The translations under genes and the position numbers were made by a program. The notes below the pieces were generated by a model that had not been told where the DNA came from, searched no databases, and saw only the letters and a list, made by a program, of their open reading frames with translations. A stretch of DNA of 64,000 nucleotides, taken from contig JBHGNT010000021.1 of assembly GCA_043228905.1 (NCBI GenBank), positions 2,046,001 through 2,110,000 on the forward strand, written 5' to 3'. Source of the DNA: Azolla caroliniana. Its lineage: Eukaryota > Plantae > Polypodiophyta. Position 1 is the stretch's first letter; every line of letters starts with the position of its first letter. Positions 49,626-63,217 of the stretch are shown in pieces.

Positions 49626-51899
49626 TGGCATTGACGAAGTAATATAAATGCTATTGTCAACATCTTGATTCAGTTAATCTTTTACCACGTCAATGAATTA
49701 CTTCTTAACAACATCTTGATTATAAAACATACCAATGAAATATTGGAGCAATATGTCATAATTTGTTTTATCAATTACCAATATGATGATTGGGTTAACG
49801 TTTTGCACTTCACAGATTTTGCTATGATAACACAAGTTTAGTTTCAAGTCGAGGAGTGTGTATGGTTTTGTTTCAAATTGGATTATCAATATCTTGACCC
49901 ACGTAACCTTTAACCACATCAATGAATTTGCATGTTGTCTTGATGGTCCTCATATTTGTCTTTATCTATTGTTTCACCTCTTGTTGAGCTTGTTGATGAT
50001 CCATAATATGAGGTGGAAACCATTTCAAAACCAAATGTTGTGCATGAAATTTTATGCTATTTGGTTGAATATACACCTAATTATCAAATTGACGAGCTTG
50101 CCAAGAATCTCACTAATGTCATTTAACTTGTAGCTAAATTTCATCATCAATATCCTAATAAGCTTGCAAATCCTAATTAGTGCATTACAACTCATGGAAC
50201 TCATGTTAAATTAAAAGGATAATGTCAAGCTAATACATGCAAATTGTCATAATCATCCCAAAGACTTCATTGTAGCAACATGAGCATGTATACAAACTAC
50301 AATAGTCATCATAAAGACTTGAATCTAATGATTTCTTCGAACGACACTCTCAATTATTGTGGAGATTTGAACTCATGGCTTCCTTAAAGACACCAAAACA
50401 TAGACCTCTAAGATCCTTTATATATATTGATGTTATAGGATGATATCATTGCAAGCAAATGGTAATCGCCAAATGGCATGCTTGCATGAATTCCAAGTGG
50501 TGATCATACATAATCAAGTGGACATTGATTGTACATAATCTCAGAGGTTATTTGGATAATATAAAAGGTTATACACAACCAGCAGAGCTCAAACAATTGG
50601 AATTTCATGTCACATGGGAGAGAGACATGTTTTATAGATGGATTTTTTATAAGGTTGAGTGGTTTTTTTTTTCCCCAAAAAAAACTACTTCGCATTAGTT
50701 AGCAAACAATTACATCATAGACCACCAAAATTTCAGCAACCCACACTCTGGCCTTCTCAAGGTGGAGTGGTTTGAGTCTACATCGAAGTATTTATTTAGG
50801 CCAATGGTTAGAATTTAGAAAAGGGGCTCATTACTAAAAGGTACATCTTCTATGTATGTATAGCATTAGGGTGTTTTTTAAATACTAATGTAGTATCTTT
50901 TTTTGGAAAAAAAAAACAATCATTATTGGCAACACGATTAGTGATTGATCACTTTTCTTTTTAAGAAAAAACTACCTTGATATGGCCAAGCTTGCCGCAA
51001 TACCAACATTCTAGTATGTTTTGGTAGTTTGTTCCATTGTCAAAACTCTCCTTTGTCCATATTAGTTTCCTTTTTTGCTCATGCTCTCATGCCATATTTG
51101 GGAGTTTATTTTTGTTGATGCCATTTTTGTGATAGTTTGCTAGGGTTATAAATGCAAGAATAAAACAAATCCAAGTATATACTAGTAGAAATTAGAAAAG
51201 CGAGCAAGTTTAAAACAGGGACTAGAATAGAAACAATAATATCAACTATTTCCACGTACAAGGAGCACACCATGATGGGCATGGGTTTTATACATAACAT
51301 GGGTATGTAAACAACCAATAGACTAGTTATGTGCTCATTTTGATAGTAATTAGAAATCTAACTAGCACATGTGAATGATCAAACAAGTAGTGGGTGCACA
51401 TGTGTGTAGTAAAATCCACTCGCTCCCTTGTGACTGCCATGTCATACGTAAATGTAAAGGATTCCATATCCTATATTCTTAATAATGTTTATAATTAAGA
51501 GAAAAGTTAAATAAACTATCTCCATTCTTATAAAGAGTTGGTTGATTGAATAATCTTAGCGCTAATATACATATTTATCTTAATGTATCCCACACACACA
51601 TAACACATCCGCATAATCTACTCGTTGTGTGAGAACCATATGCCTAGTTCTTTAGTTATTTATTTGGTATCATAAACATAAAGTTGTGATCATCGTAGCC
51701 CATCCATTTCTTACGTGTTGTGTCTAATGCCATCATTCAAGAAAAACCAACTCATATGTATATACATGATCGATCGTTGCTAGTGTAGAGTCGCTACATA
51801 GGTCATGCATGAAGAAGCTCCACCACATTTTGTTAGTTGACGATATTCAAAGAAGTCAACGAAAGAAGAAGAAGAAAGAGTCACTAACAAGATGAATAA

Positions 51900-52380
51900 A
51901 CAAATGGGCAACTCTCTCCCTATGATAAGTTAGATTGCAATAACTTTGCATAGTGCAACAAGCAAGTACAAGATGTATCAATACCTTATTATAGGACAAG
52001 GATATTGGAGATACATCAAAAGTGGCCTAAAAAAGATACCCAAGATAAATGAAACCAACTATCTAGAATGACAACAAAGAACAAGTTATGTCATGTATTG
52101 CCTCACAACTTGTATTAAAAACCACATGCTCAACAATGTGAGAGATGTGAGGATGCTAGAGAAGTATAGGAAAATCTAACCAAAAACTTCAACGCAAAAA
52201 TAACTACATGCAAGATTCAACAAAAGGGCATGTTAGTGAACATCTATACTCTTAAAATCAAGTCACAATAAGATTACTCGTCTAGATAGATGTGATGGTT
52301 GATTGTGGAGAATTGTTTTTTTGGTATTTCACAAAGATTTTGTGTGTTATGAATCACCATAATAACATTAGGATGGTGGC
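51900..52380 (+). mobile_element. Highly degraded Ty1/copia gag remnant
   Basis: Broken frames read KLDCNNFA..KYKMYQYL..GQGYWRYI..VMYCL, resembling a copia gag N-terminus. Confidence 0.5.
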
Positions 52381-53791
52381 ACAAAAAGCTTGGCCTCTAG
52401 ATGTCAAATGCTTTACATACCATTAGATTGTCACGGTCATGGTCACAAAAAAGCAAGAAAGGTTGTGATAAATATTGTGGTGGCAAATTGTCACGTCCTT
52501 GCACCAAGCATACTTGTTACCCTACTTGTGTTTGTTGGTTTCCCACATAATACCAAGAGGGCCACATTACTTGTGTCTGTTAATATCAAAAGGGTCATGT
52601 TGTCACGTAAACACGTATTCGTGTGCTACTCGAGCGAAACCACAGGGAACCTAAACCAAGGAGGACATGATGTTGCATGAGAAGATTCTTTATACCGCAT
52701 TGTAGATCTCCTTGTGCGAATCCCCTTTATATAATTACCGCTCAAAAGAATGAGGGCAGGAGAAGGATCCAATTAGGCAAACACTCCAAAGAGGTGAACG
52801 CATTGTCCTCTATGAATTTCCTTCTTCCAGGAAGGCATTTAGGAGTGGATAATCACGACATTGACATTAATACACTTTATTAGTACAATGTACACTAGAT
52901 TAAGACCAAAATTGCAACAGTTTACACAAGAAATTACCCTTAATACATGTTTGGGTGTACAAAACTATTACTATGATTACAATGTTTTTTATAATATAAT
53001 CATTAGTGTTAAACATGAATAAAAGAGATGGGGAGTGGTCGAGCTTCCAATGAAGTTTTGAGTTTAATGTTGTCATTGAGGCCTTGACTATCTTCGATGA
53101 GTCCTCGAGCCACTTAACGCTCCCTTCTACAACCAGTAGGCAAACCAACCAAACCCTTTCCATCAAAGCCACCACTCAATACTCTTAAGAACAATAATAA
53201 AAATAAGAAGAAATAAAACAAAACTCAGATGAATATGATGAATGAACATGAATATATCATGGATGTTGATGAGCATGCAATGAAATTTCTACCCATAATG
53301 CAAACATCTAGGGAGACTTGACGTCACAAATCAAGGGTCATGAACCCAAGCTCACGGCTTGGAGAAAGCAAGGAATGTACAAAAACTATGTGTGGTTATT
53401 GTATATACTCATCAATTCGTCCATGATGAGAGTACCAACAAATTTGTTGGTATATTTGTTTATCCAACACAACTTTTGTAGTTCTTATAATTTTATAATA
53501 CCAAGGCGTATCTTTTTGAAAAAAGAAAAAGAAGAAAGATGAAAATCCTAAAATCCCAATAGTGATAAGAAGAAGAAGAAGAAGAAGAAGAAAGGAACCT
53601 TACAAAACCCTAATGGTCTACTCCAAAACTCAAAATGTTTGAACTCCTTGTACATGTTAATGGAACTAATCACCAGTATATTTTTGTATATACATATTCA
53701 CACTTTGTGGTTGCCCCTTTTTTGCCCTTTAACATGTTTTCTACCTTTGAACATGCCACATCATGACAATGTTACTTTTGTATATTGGCTT

Positions 53792-54422
53792 TGTTGGGAA
53801 AACAGGTCCCTTCGGATGGGAAGAGCACGAGCCAAATGGAATGGAATCGATAGGTAAACTCGGTTGAGGCCAAAAATCGATTTCCGAAAAATCGACTAAT
53901 CGATCGGCCTCGGTTGAAATTTGATTTCCGAAAAATCAACAATCGATTGATAATCGATTCGGTTATTAGCCGAATTGGAAAGGGGCTATAATTGTAAATA
54001 GCCTAAATGTGCCCTTAGTGGGCCATAGTGGTAAATAGCCCATATTGTATATGAGTATAAATATACTTAGGGTACTTAGGGCAAGTAGTTAAACATGTAG
54101 AAGTAGTTGAACATTTTTGAATAAGTTACAGAGGGTTGTTGCCATTGTGACTGAGTCAGAGAGAGCGAGAGTTGTAACTTTGTCGCCGTCTGTCAGACGA
54201 AGGAGAGCCCAAGGTCGTTGACTTGAAGCTTCTCGTTGTACTCCTCCTACCTTAGTCATTCTGTTCGGAGTTTATGGACTCCCGTGGTTTTTTCCCTTTG
54301 GGGTTTTCCACGTTAAAATCTTGTGTCTTAGTACTTGAGCTGTTTGTTTTTTATTTTCTCAATCTTTGCAACCGCATACATATATACGTGCTAACCGGTT
54401 GTGGCCGGATCGATTCTCAACC
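53792..54422 (+). mobile_element. Ty1/copia solo LTR, related to the LTR at 60655
   Basis: Starts TGTTGGGAAA and ends TCAACC (CA mutated). 5-bp TSD GGCTT (53787-53791, 54423-54427). TATA box, and CTCCCGTGGTTTTTTCCC..GGGTTTTCCACGT shared with 61011-61046. Confidence 0.85.
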
Positions 54423-54659
54423 GGCTTTCCAAATACCCTAAATAGGGTTATGTTTCTTTGTTGGATAATTAGTTACACATGTGCGCATTCATTGTGGGAG
54501 CACACACATGTTGGATAGTTGTGTCACGACACAGTGACTTAAAAAATGCATAGTTGGTGATGATTTCACCTACAACCTCACATCAACAAGATGTCATGCT
54601 CAACCATTTTGATATGAGCATGCATTTATATATAATAGTTTAGTATTATATAGTCCAGC

Positions 54660-55017
54660 GTATAGTACATTTCAAAATCAGAATATTCGAGTTGTTAGTA
54701 TATTCTAGAGATATTATATGGTATATTCTAGAGATATTTCTCGAGTATATTCTAGAGATATTCAACCTTGGAACTTGTATAAATACTTGTAACCTCCTTG
54801 GTCCCTTTCAAGGGATTCAACATTAGTCATTGACACATCAATCTAGTATTCTTGTTTCGCCCCATCTTGTCTCCTTGATCTTTATCTCTATCTTCAATCT
54901 TTTTGGTCGTTCTCGAGTTTCTAGCCTCGTCTCTTCTAGCTCTAAGTTCACAGCCCGTCGCTCGTAGACCCATCATCTGTGCTCCATCCGAGACCATGGT
55001 TGGTGTGTGCGTGACAA
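54660..55017 (+). mobile_element. LTR-like fragment with an inverted relative at ~56127-56340
   Basis: TGTATAAATACTTGTAA..AGTCATTGACACATCAATCTAGTATTCT is reverse-complemented at ~56255-56335. Ends GTGACA; the relative starts TGTCAC. Confidence 0.55.
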
Positions 55018-55069
55018 GTTGAGCTTGATACATCAACAACGCTCTCATGGCCCAAACAATTGATCAGTT

Positions 55070-56100
55070 CAATTTATTTTTTTATTTTTCAAAATTGCAC
55101 CTTAGTTTCCATTACCAATCCAATAAGTGTATACAAAGCATACAATCTAGTGGAGGTTAAGATAACAAAGAAAAAAGGTTATATACCCCATTATGTCATA
55201 AGGTAAAACAAACTGAACCATTAAGGGGGTAAATATTGACAAGCCATTTTGTCATTTCTCTCCACAAAGACGAACAAATCCTTCCACGTGCCTTGAAAGG
55301 TCCACCATTGTTTAAGAAAAATGGTATCTTCATTACCAGTGAAGGGGTCATATTGACCTTTTAAAATTGAAATAAGCATCGACCAAGTTTCCTTCACACA
55401 ATGAACAAGATTGTGCTTTATTTGCTGAAACACATTTTTGCATCTAGTTATCCATATATTCCACAAAATCATTGATGATACATTCAATCGATTTGAACTT
55501 GAATATGGTACGTCCTTAACTTGTCTTCCCCAATTTTGAAGGGTAAATAATATTTTATCCCTTTCATAATTATGCTTATCCACATTTACATTCATCCAAA
55601 AGAAATTTTCCCATGTAATCACATTAGGTCCATACGCAACATCAATGAGGCACAACATACGTTTCCAAAAAGAACATGCATCCATACAGTTCCATAATGC
55701 ATGTTGCATTGATTCTAGATGAAATGCCCAAAAAAGAGCAAGTTTTGCTTCCCTCATCCATATGCATCCATTCCAAGACGAGAAGTGCATAATTGACACA
55801 TAACCATCTAAATGTAATGATTTTTTGTGAGGAATCTGCAGAGCCCACAAGCATTTCCAAAACACCAATATTGCATGCATAGGAATACTATAACTTGACC
55901 ATACCTTAGTTGTAGTTGACATAATTGGATTCTTCCTTCATTGGAATTCCCTACCTAATCTTACATAGTAATAAAAGAAAGAAACCATCTTACCATTAGC
56001 ATCTCTCCACCACCACTCCGATGGATCCCACTCTAACTCCAAGAAGGGATTACCACCACAAGCCCAAATATCTCACAGAGGATTTACTTCCATTTATCAG
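55070..56100 (-). mobile_element. L1-type LINE 3' fragment (zf-RVT region) with an A-rich tail
   Basis: FWKCLWALQIPHK, ESMQHALWNC, ILWNIWITRCKNVF are typical L1 ORF2 C-terminal motifs. A-rich tract on the minus strand at ~55070-55090. Confidence 0.7.
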
Positions 56101-57249
56101 TTCAATTCACCATATCACTAGATATTTGTCACAGACATAGCTACTGCGGACTCGGACGGAGCAAGGATGACAAGGCTACGAGGAACTTAAGAATCTAGGA
56201 ACAACATAAGAGAATGAAGATAAAGATGAAGAAGGAAACAAGATGGAATGAAACGAGAATACTAGATTGATGTGTCAATGACTGGTGTTGAATCCCTTAA
56301 AAGGAACCAATGAGATTACAAGTATTTATACATGTTTGTGGGCTCTACATGTAGTTCCATGCATAGACCCATTTTCATGCAGAAGCTTCTAAAAACTCCT
56401 AGAAGTTGGAATAGATAATCTACTAAGATATGCATAACTTGATTATTTATTTGGATGTGTTGGTTAGAATAAAACACTTGACTATATACAAGAGGTGAAG
56501 AGTTCGAATTTTCACATGATTATTGTCATGTTTGTGACAATATTAGAGCTATTAATTGGTATAACCCTTTTTCAACAAGATCGATTCCTTACCTTCAATA
56601 TCATTTGACCTAATTTCTTGTAAATGTTTCACTATAAAACATCATCGTAGGACAACCCTTGACTTTTTAATGCGACATATAGGAAGCAAACCCCTTGGGT
56701 TTTTTATGTTACACATAGGTCCCTACAGAGGGCATACCATAACTCATGATATAGTTTCAATAACAATAATTATGACTACATTAGTGCACACAGTTGAGTG
56801 TTGTGAAAATAACTTCTTGGCCAAAACTACCATCAATATTCATTGAAACATGTCAACGATACCTATCGTACTAAACCACCCTAACGGGAGACATAATTGG
56901 GATGTATCTATTTTCTTGGAAGATAATCATGACATTGATTGAACCTAAAAACACCCATACCACGATTATGATTGCAAAATAAAATAAAATTGAACAACTT
57001 GACAAATGTCATTATCATCAATGATGTTCAACTCCCTTCTATACAAACAATCATACCACCTCATAGCAAGCACACACTGACAATATATATATATATATAT
57101 ATAGATAGATAGATAGATAGATATCCATAAAACATATGCTCCATTGGTATTAATAAAAGGCCAGAGGCAGTATACAAATAGTATATAATATTGTTTTATC
57201 TCCACAAGTATATATTATCAAAGACAAGACCAAATATAAGCTTTGGCAT

Positions 57250-57890
57250 TTGGCAAGATAAGGATAATTATAATCCATGAATACAACTCTCAGCCTTGCC
57301 AATAACGCCTTTGCTACGGCAAGCTAGAAGACCACATATAAAGGTGAAAACAATCTCTAGCATGTAAAAACCAGTCAATGCTTCATCGAAACGTCCATTC
57401 TATCATGATTTCATTCCAAATGGCCACATTTGTAGTTAGGGGCGTCTGAAACACATTGACAATAATTGTCAGACAATGCATCCTACTAGCCAAGCAAGTG
57501 AACATAAAGACACATTTCCTTCTTCCAATGAGTTAGTTTCCACCTTTCCTCATACTACTATCACTTATAAATATGAAGATATGCAATGAAAAACTAGTGG
57601 AGGATGAATATTACTTAATTATCACATGGTGACCAACATATAAGGCAATTCACTAGAATTATGAGGACTTGTTAGACAAGCATAAGAATTCAAGTTCAAA
57701 CTCAAATCTCCACCAAGAAGAGTGAGCGCATATATGCAACATTATTTTCACATAGAGAGTTTTTACTATAGACTAGTATTAGTATTACCCCTTCTTAGGA
57801 TGTCATATAGAAGATGATACGTTGATTTGGTCCCATAGGTCAAAATTGGCGGCCTCATGGATGATAAAAAAACTATTCTATTCTATTCTA
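57250..57890 (+). mobile_element. RTE-like LINE 3' fragment with a (CTATT)n tail
   Basis: VEDEYYLII..YKAI motif. 3' end shared with 31510-31570. Confidence 0.55.
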
Positions 57891-58748
57891 CATTATGATC
57901 TCCCCTTTGTCTATCCCAAACCCTTCCTCTTTAACCCAATCTATGATAATAACTCGCTCTATCATGGGCATAGTTGATGCCCAATCCGAGCCCTTAGACC
58001 TTTCGCAAGAAGGGGAGCTAACTTTATCCAAGTTGAAGCAACAAACCAATACTCCATGTTGTTGACCCTCACTCATGAGTTTGAGGTGATCCTAAAACCA
58101 ATTAGGGCTCTCGAGCTCTTCCAAGTCCTCACCACTCAACTCATTTCCACCATTGAGAAGAGATAAAGTCAAAATGAACAAAGTGGAGTAAACAAAGACC
58201 CAAATCGCAAAATTATAAGAGGAGAACATCAACTAGCTTCTATGGAACAAATCATAACCCCTAGACAACCAAAGCCCTCAATGAAAAATGGCAACACTTA
58301 GCATCACTCCACCAACCATGATATGTCAAATAGCTACAAAAGTTGAAAGAATTACAATAACTAATGAATGATCTTGGTGACTAACTCACAACCTCATCGC
58401 GACAAAATATCCAATGAAAATGGATATTGTGTGACTATGAGCAATCAAAGTATGGGCCCGCAAAATTATTCATGATTAACATGACGCACATCGAACAACA
58501 ATCAAGCTCCAATAGGAAGCAACCACAACAAGGACTAAGGTCCTAAACTTAGTCTTAAAGCTCAATGCTTTCGAGACAACGATAAAAACTACCTAGCACC
58601 AATACCACGGTGTTGACTCGGAAAATAAAGCAGTTCATGTCCAAATTAGCCTACTACAAGCTAGGGTTAAAATAGTAGGGAGTGAGTAGTGTGACACACA
58701 AGAGAGTGCAATTAGGAATACATATCAGTATCAAGAGTGTGGCCATTT

Positions 58749-60269
58749 TGTGGAATGTTGCATATCTAGCTAGCGTGAACAAGTGAAGACAAAGGAGGAA
58801 TGTTAAATACTTCTCGTATACTTCACTTGCTAATAGAAAAAAGAGAACGTGGAGGATTCTGGCCACTAGGAGAAAGGTTCGTCAAATGCATGTGAACAAG
58901 GGTGAGCACGGTGTCGTGAAGAATTTCGGCCAGAGGCGGAAACCGGGAAACATTGGCTACATCGGCGGGGTGCAGCGTGTGTACGCACCCATGTACATTT
59001 AGTGTGAATATCGAGGGCGCCTTTATGGCGCCGAAGAGTAGTCAGGTCGGGGCAGACGATCCCATGGAAGGCGGGATTTGTCCCACATTGTAACGCATCC
59101 CCTTCCTTGTTCTATAAAAGGAAGGGAACGCCCTTTGGAAAAGGGTTGCCCATTTTGCATTAGAGGGTATACCGTTAGGTTTAGAGTTAGTTTCTTGATC
59201 TTCTTCTCCTTCGTGTTCGCTTAGGGTTTGCTGCAGCTTATCTCCTGTGCAAGACCCCGCTCGGCGCGACGAGCCCGAGAGCTCCCCGACGGCGGCTTGA
59301 CAGCAGACGACTATTGTAACCTACCTCAGCCCGGCTCGACGCTGGGAATGTATTCTTCCCTTTATACACACATATATATACGTTTGTCTGTGTATATTCG
59401 CGTCGTTGTTGGCGTCGGGTGCTTAACCTCTCCTGCGTTTTCTGTACATAAGGCGTGAGTCGGGTTGGGCTGTGTGAGCGTGTGCGTGCGCGTGCGTGTG
59501 TGTGTGTGTGCGTGAGTCGGTGTTAAGCACACACACTCTCTCTCTCCCTTCGGGTGCTTTCGGGATGCCCTAGAAACAGTGAAGCACGACTTTCTACGCT
59601 CCGTCTCTCCCTAGTCCAAGACCCCCGTGGTCCCGCCTTTCTCCACGCACGCGTGTAACAACGCGACAACGGATGCACATGAAGGGAGTCTTATGTACAA
59701 ACAATTAATAAGTAGCATAGTATTAATAAGGGGTTTCAACAATTTTCATAGGTTGAAGGTTTTTTGTTCGGCACAATCAGATCGGTGGTGTGAGGCCTTT
59801 TGCTCGTGTGGGTAGCCCGTGTGCACCCGACCAAAGGCTCACTAGTCTATGTGTCTATAGAACTCGAAGCTTTGCTAACCGGCCTCATGTTGTCTCTTTG
59901 TATTCTTTCTTTGTACTTAATCGATTACTTGGTTTCACTGTATTTGGTGTATTGTTCGTTTGATCTTGTATTAGTTTGTCCATATGCGTTAACAATCGAT
60001 TCTCTACCCTCTGTGTCTGGATAGGTGTCGTCTCTTCTCTCCCCTGTTCTAAGCTTATCGACTTGGGTCTGCGAGCCTGTGTGCTCACTGTCCGGAATCT
60101 GGTGGTAGAATCTGACCCGATACGGTTCTACGAGCCCGTGTGCTGAGTAAACGGAATCTGGTAACCAAGTTGGATCGGTCTCTGCAAACTCATTTGCCAC
60201 TCATTCTTAAGCTCCTTGGTCAGAGACCCCAGTGGTTCGGCAAGCTGCGGTTTTCCGCAATCCCCAACA
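58749..60269 (+). mobile_element. Probable older solo LTR (TG..CA) hosting the 58912 insertion
   Basis: TGTGG..CCCCAACA ends, TATA-like TATTAATAAGGGG, and CATTT on both flanks with a 1-nt offset. Confidence 0.35.
58912..59668 (+). mobile_element. Solo LTR (~757 bp) with a 4-bp TSD
   Basis: TGTCGTG..CGCGACA termini. TSD ACGG (58908-58911, 59669-59672). TATA CTATAAAAG at ~59112. Colinear reverse complement of 63218-63978. Confidence 0.88.
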
Positions 60270-60654
60270 ACATTTTGTACTCCCTTAATGTGAAAAGGGA
60301 CATAAACAAAAGTAAATAAATGTAAGGAATATAATAGGCTACTTTTCGGCTCCTCGAGCTTTTTCTTTACCTTTTTTATTTTAGACTAGAGGTTAAACCT
60401 TCTTAATGTGTGTATGTGTGCGCACATGCATGTTATTTTTATCCAAAAACTTAAGGCTTAATAAGCATTCTATCTCAAGTACTTGAGCTATTTCGTATTA
60501 ATGTAATTAACTAAACTCACTTATGTGTGGTGTATTTTCCCTTCATATTTTCTTGTGTCTTCTATTGTTAAGTCTTTAAGATTGAGTATTCATGTCTTAA
60601 TTAAATTTAAGTGTAATAGAGAGGAGAATGAGAACTTCGCTTAGTGTTTAATGC

Positions 60655-63217
60655 TGTTGGGAAATCGGTCCCTCCGGATGGGATCCGATTATGAATGGAG
60701 AGGACCCGGTGAGAATCGGAAGTGAAGACATATTTGCAAATATGTTTTGAGTAAGCCTATGAAGGCTATATTTGTAAATAGCCCTAAGTTCATATAAGTA
60801 TAAATATGACTTAGGGCAATCACTTTGGTACATACAAAGAGGTGAGAGGGTTGTCATATGGTTGTAGAGATAACTGTTGTATATAGAGAGAGAGATACAG
60901 AGAGATACTCTGTTGTAACCGCCGGCTAGCGAAGATACAAAGCTCGAGGTTGTTGCCTCTGAGTCTCTGTTTGTACCTTTCTTACATAGTGATAGTTTGG
61001 AGTCTGTGGGCTCCCGTGGTTTTTTTCCCATTAGGGTTTTCCACGTAAATATTCTATGTACTCTCTACTTCCCATTTTTGTGTTTCCTTCTCATTGAAGT
61101 GATTCAAGACTCGATTGTGGCCGACCAATATTACGCGTTATTCCCCTCAATCTGGTATTAGAGCGAACAACACAGAAAATGGAAGAATTGTTTGGCGGCA
61201 TGTGCAAGCTCACCGGCTCCAACTACTAAGTGTGGAAGTCAAAGATGAGGGATATGCTTGTGGTTAAAGATCTTTGGTTGCCGGTTCAGTTCAGGGACAA
61301 GAGACCGGATAAAATCGATGCCACAGTGTGGGAGGTGATGCACATGAAGACGACAACATACATCCGGTGCTTCATCGACATGAGCCTGTACAACAACTTC
61401 AATTAAGAGAGCAAGGCTCATGAACAAGAATGCCCTTAATCGGGTTTCAGTATTCCAAAGCTAGTGAGGCTCTGGTACCAAGACGACTCTAGTATGGCGG
61501 AGCACATGAATGCCTTCCAGGGACTAATACACCAGGCAACCTCGCTGGAAGTACCTCTCACCGATGAGGTACTCGCATTACTCCTGCTCGGTTCCCTCCC
61601 AGATAGTTGGGAGACGCTGGTTGTTATGTTGGGCAATGTCGGGTAGGAAGGAAAGCAGTTGTCTCTAGCAAGGGTAAAGTCAAGCCTACTAGATGAAGAA
61701 GCTCGCCAAAAGGACTAGGAGTCCAGAACCGATCCGAAGGTTTTGTTCACAGACGATGAACACAACCGAGGAAGAGGCATGTATCGGAGTCCCCAAAACC
61801 GGGACAAATCGGGGACAAGGTCGAAGTAAAGGGGGAGGCCTACTTGCTTCTATTGTGGGAAGGCAGGGCACTTCTAGAAGAACTGTCGGCATTTTCGGAA
61901 AGAGAAAGAAACCAACATTACCGATTTGAAGAAGGGTTCGGACCGGAGAGGCCTGGATCGGAAATGAATGTCAACGATCACGACAAGTGAAGAGGAATTG
62001 ATGCTCATTACCGAGGAGAATGAGTTAAACCTTGTCGGCGACGAGACAACGTGGGTTGTCAATTCCAGAGCGTCGTTCCTCTTGACACCGGATCGGAAAT
62101 GCTTCTCATCCTACAGAACCGGTAATCATAGTTATGTCCGGATGGGGAATGAAGGTACATGCCGAATTGTCAGCATAGGAGATGTGTTGTTGATGACACC
62201 AACCGGATGAGAGTTGATCTTGAAGGATGTTCGACACATTCCGGAGGTTCGACTGAACCTGATATCAGTCGGTCGGCTAGATGATGAAGGCTACACGGGT
62301 AGCATCCAGAACGGAGTCATGAAGTTCTACAAAGGGAGCGTAATAGTGGCTCGAGCCCGGAAGGTCAACACCTTGTACTTGACGAATGCCTGGATATGCC
62401 AGGAAGAAGTGAACGTAGCATTTGACACTACCAGTGAATTGTGGCACAAGAGACTGTGTCATATGAGTTAGAAGGGGATGAAGAGACTTGCAAGACAATC
62501 TCATTCCGGTGAAGGATGTGCAACTTAAGAAATGCACCAATTTCTTGGCCGACAAGCAAAAATGAACCTCCTTCTGGTCAAGACCACCAATGAGACAGAA
62601 TGCACCATTGGAGCTGGTGCATATTGATGTGTGTCAAGTGGACATGAAGTCACATGCTGGAGCACAATACTTCATGACGTTCATAAACGACCACAACTCG
62701 AAGTTGTGGGTCTCACCAAGACAAAGGATCAAGTGTTATCCGTCTCCAAGGAGCTCCACGCGAGAGTGGAAAGAAAAACTGGCCGGAAGTTGAAGGTGGT
62801 TCAAGCAGATAACGGAGAAGAATACTGGGGGTAGTTCGAGGAGTATTGTCGATCAAAGGGAATCCGGCTCGAATTTACCATGCCGAAGACGCCAGAACTA
62901 AACGGGATGGCTGAACAGATGAACCAAACCGTGACGGAGAGAGTCCAGAGCATGCTGGGACATGCAAAGTTACCCAAGACGTTTTGGCTGAGGCGCTGAT
63001 GACAACGACCTATGCGATAAACAGATCACCCTCAACACCCTTGGAAGGAGACTCACTGCAAAAAGTATGGACCGATAAAGACATATCTTACTGGAATCTG
63101 AAGGTGTTCAGGTGTCGCTCTTACATGCATGTGGCGAAGGACAAGAGAGCAAAGCTGGATCCGAAGTCCCAACCATGCATATTCCTTGGATACGGCGATG
63201 ATGAGCTCGGTTACCGG
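60655..63217 (+). mobile_element. Degenerate Ty1/copia retrotransposon: 5' LTR 60655-61149, PBS, gag-protease-integrase, interrupted at 63218
   Basis: TG..CA LTR; PBS TGGTATTAGAGC (tRNA-iMet type) at 61153; gag ATG 61179; zinc knuckle CFYCGKAGHF*KNC; protease WVVNSRAS; LWHKRLCHMS; integrase LELVHIDVC and KLDPKSQPCIFLGY. Many stops. Confidence 0.93.

Noticed and set aside
56458-56515. A-box/B-box-like motifs suggesting a tRNA (also ~50370 and ~42750)
   Set aside because: No cloverleaf can be formed; at best degraded SINE heads.
58896-58910. ACAAGGGTGAGCAC shared between the LTR flank and 63896-63909
   Set aside because: A single 14-nt match that is absent from the adjacent LTR copy; cannot be told from chance.
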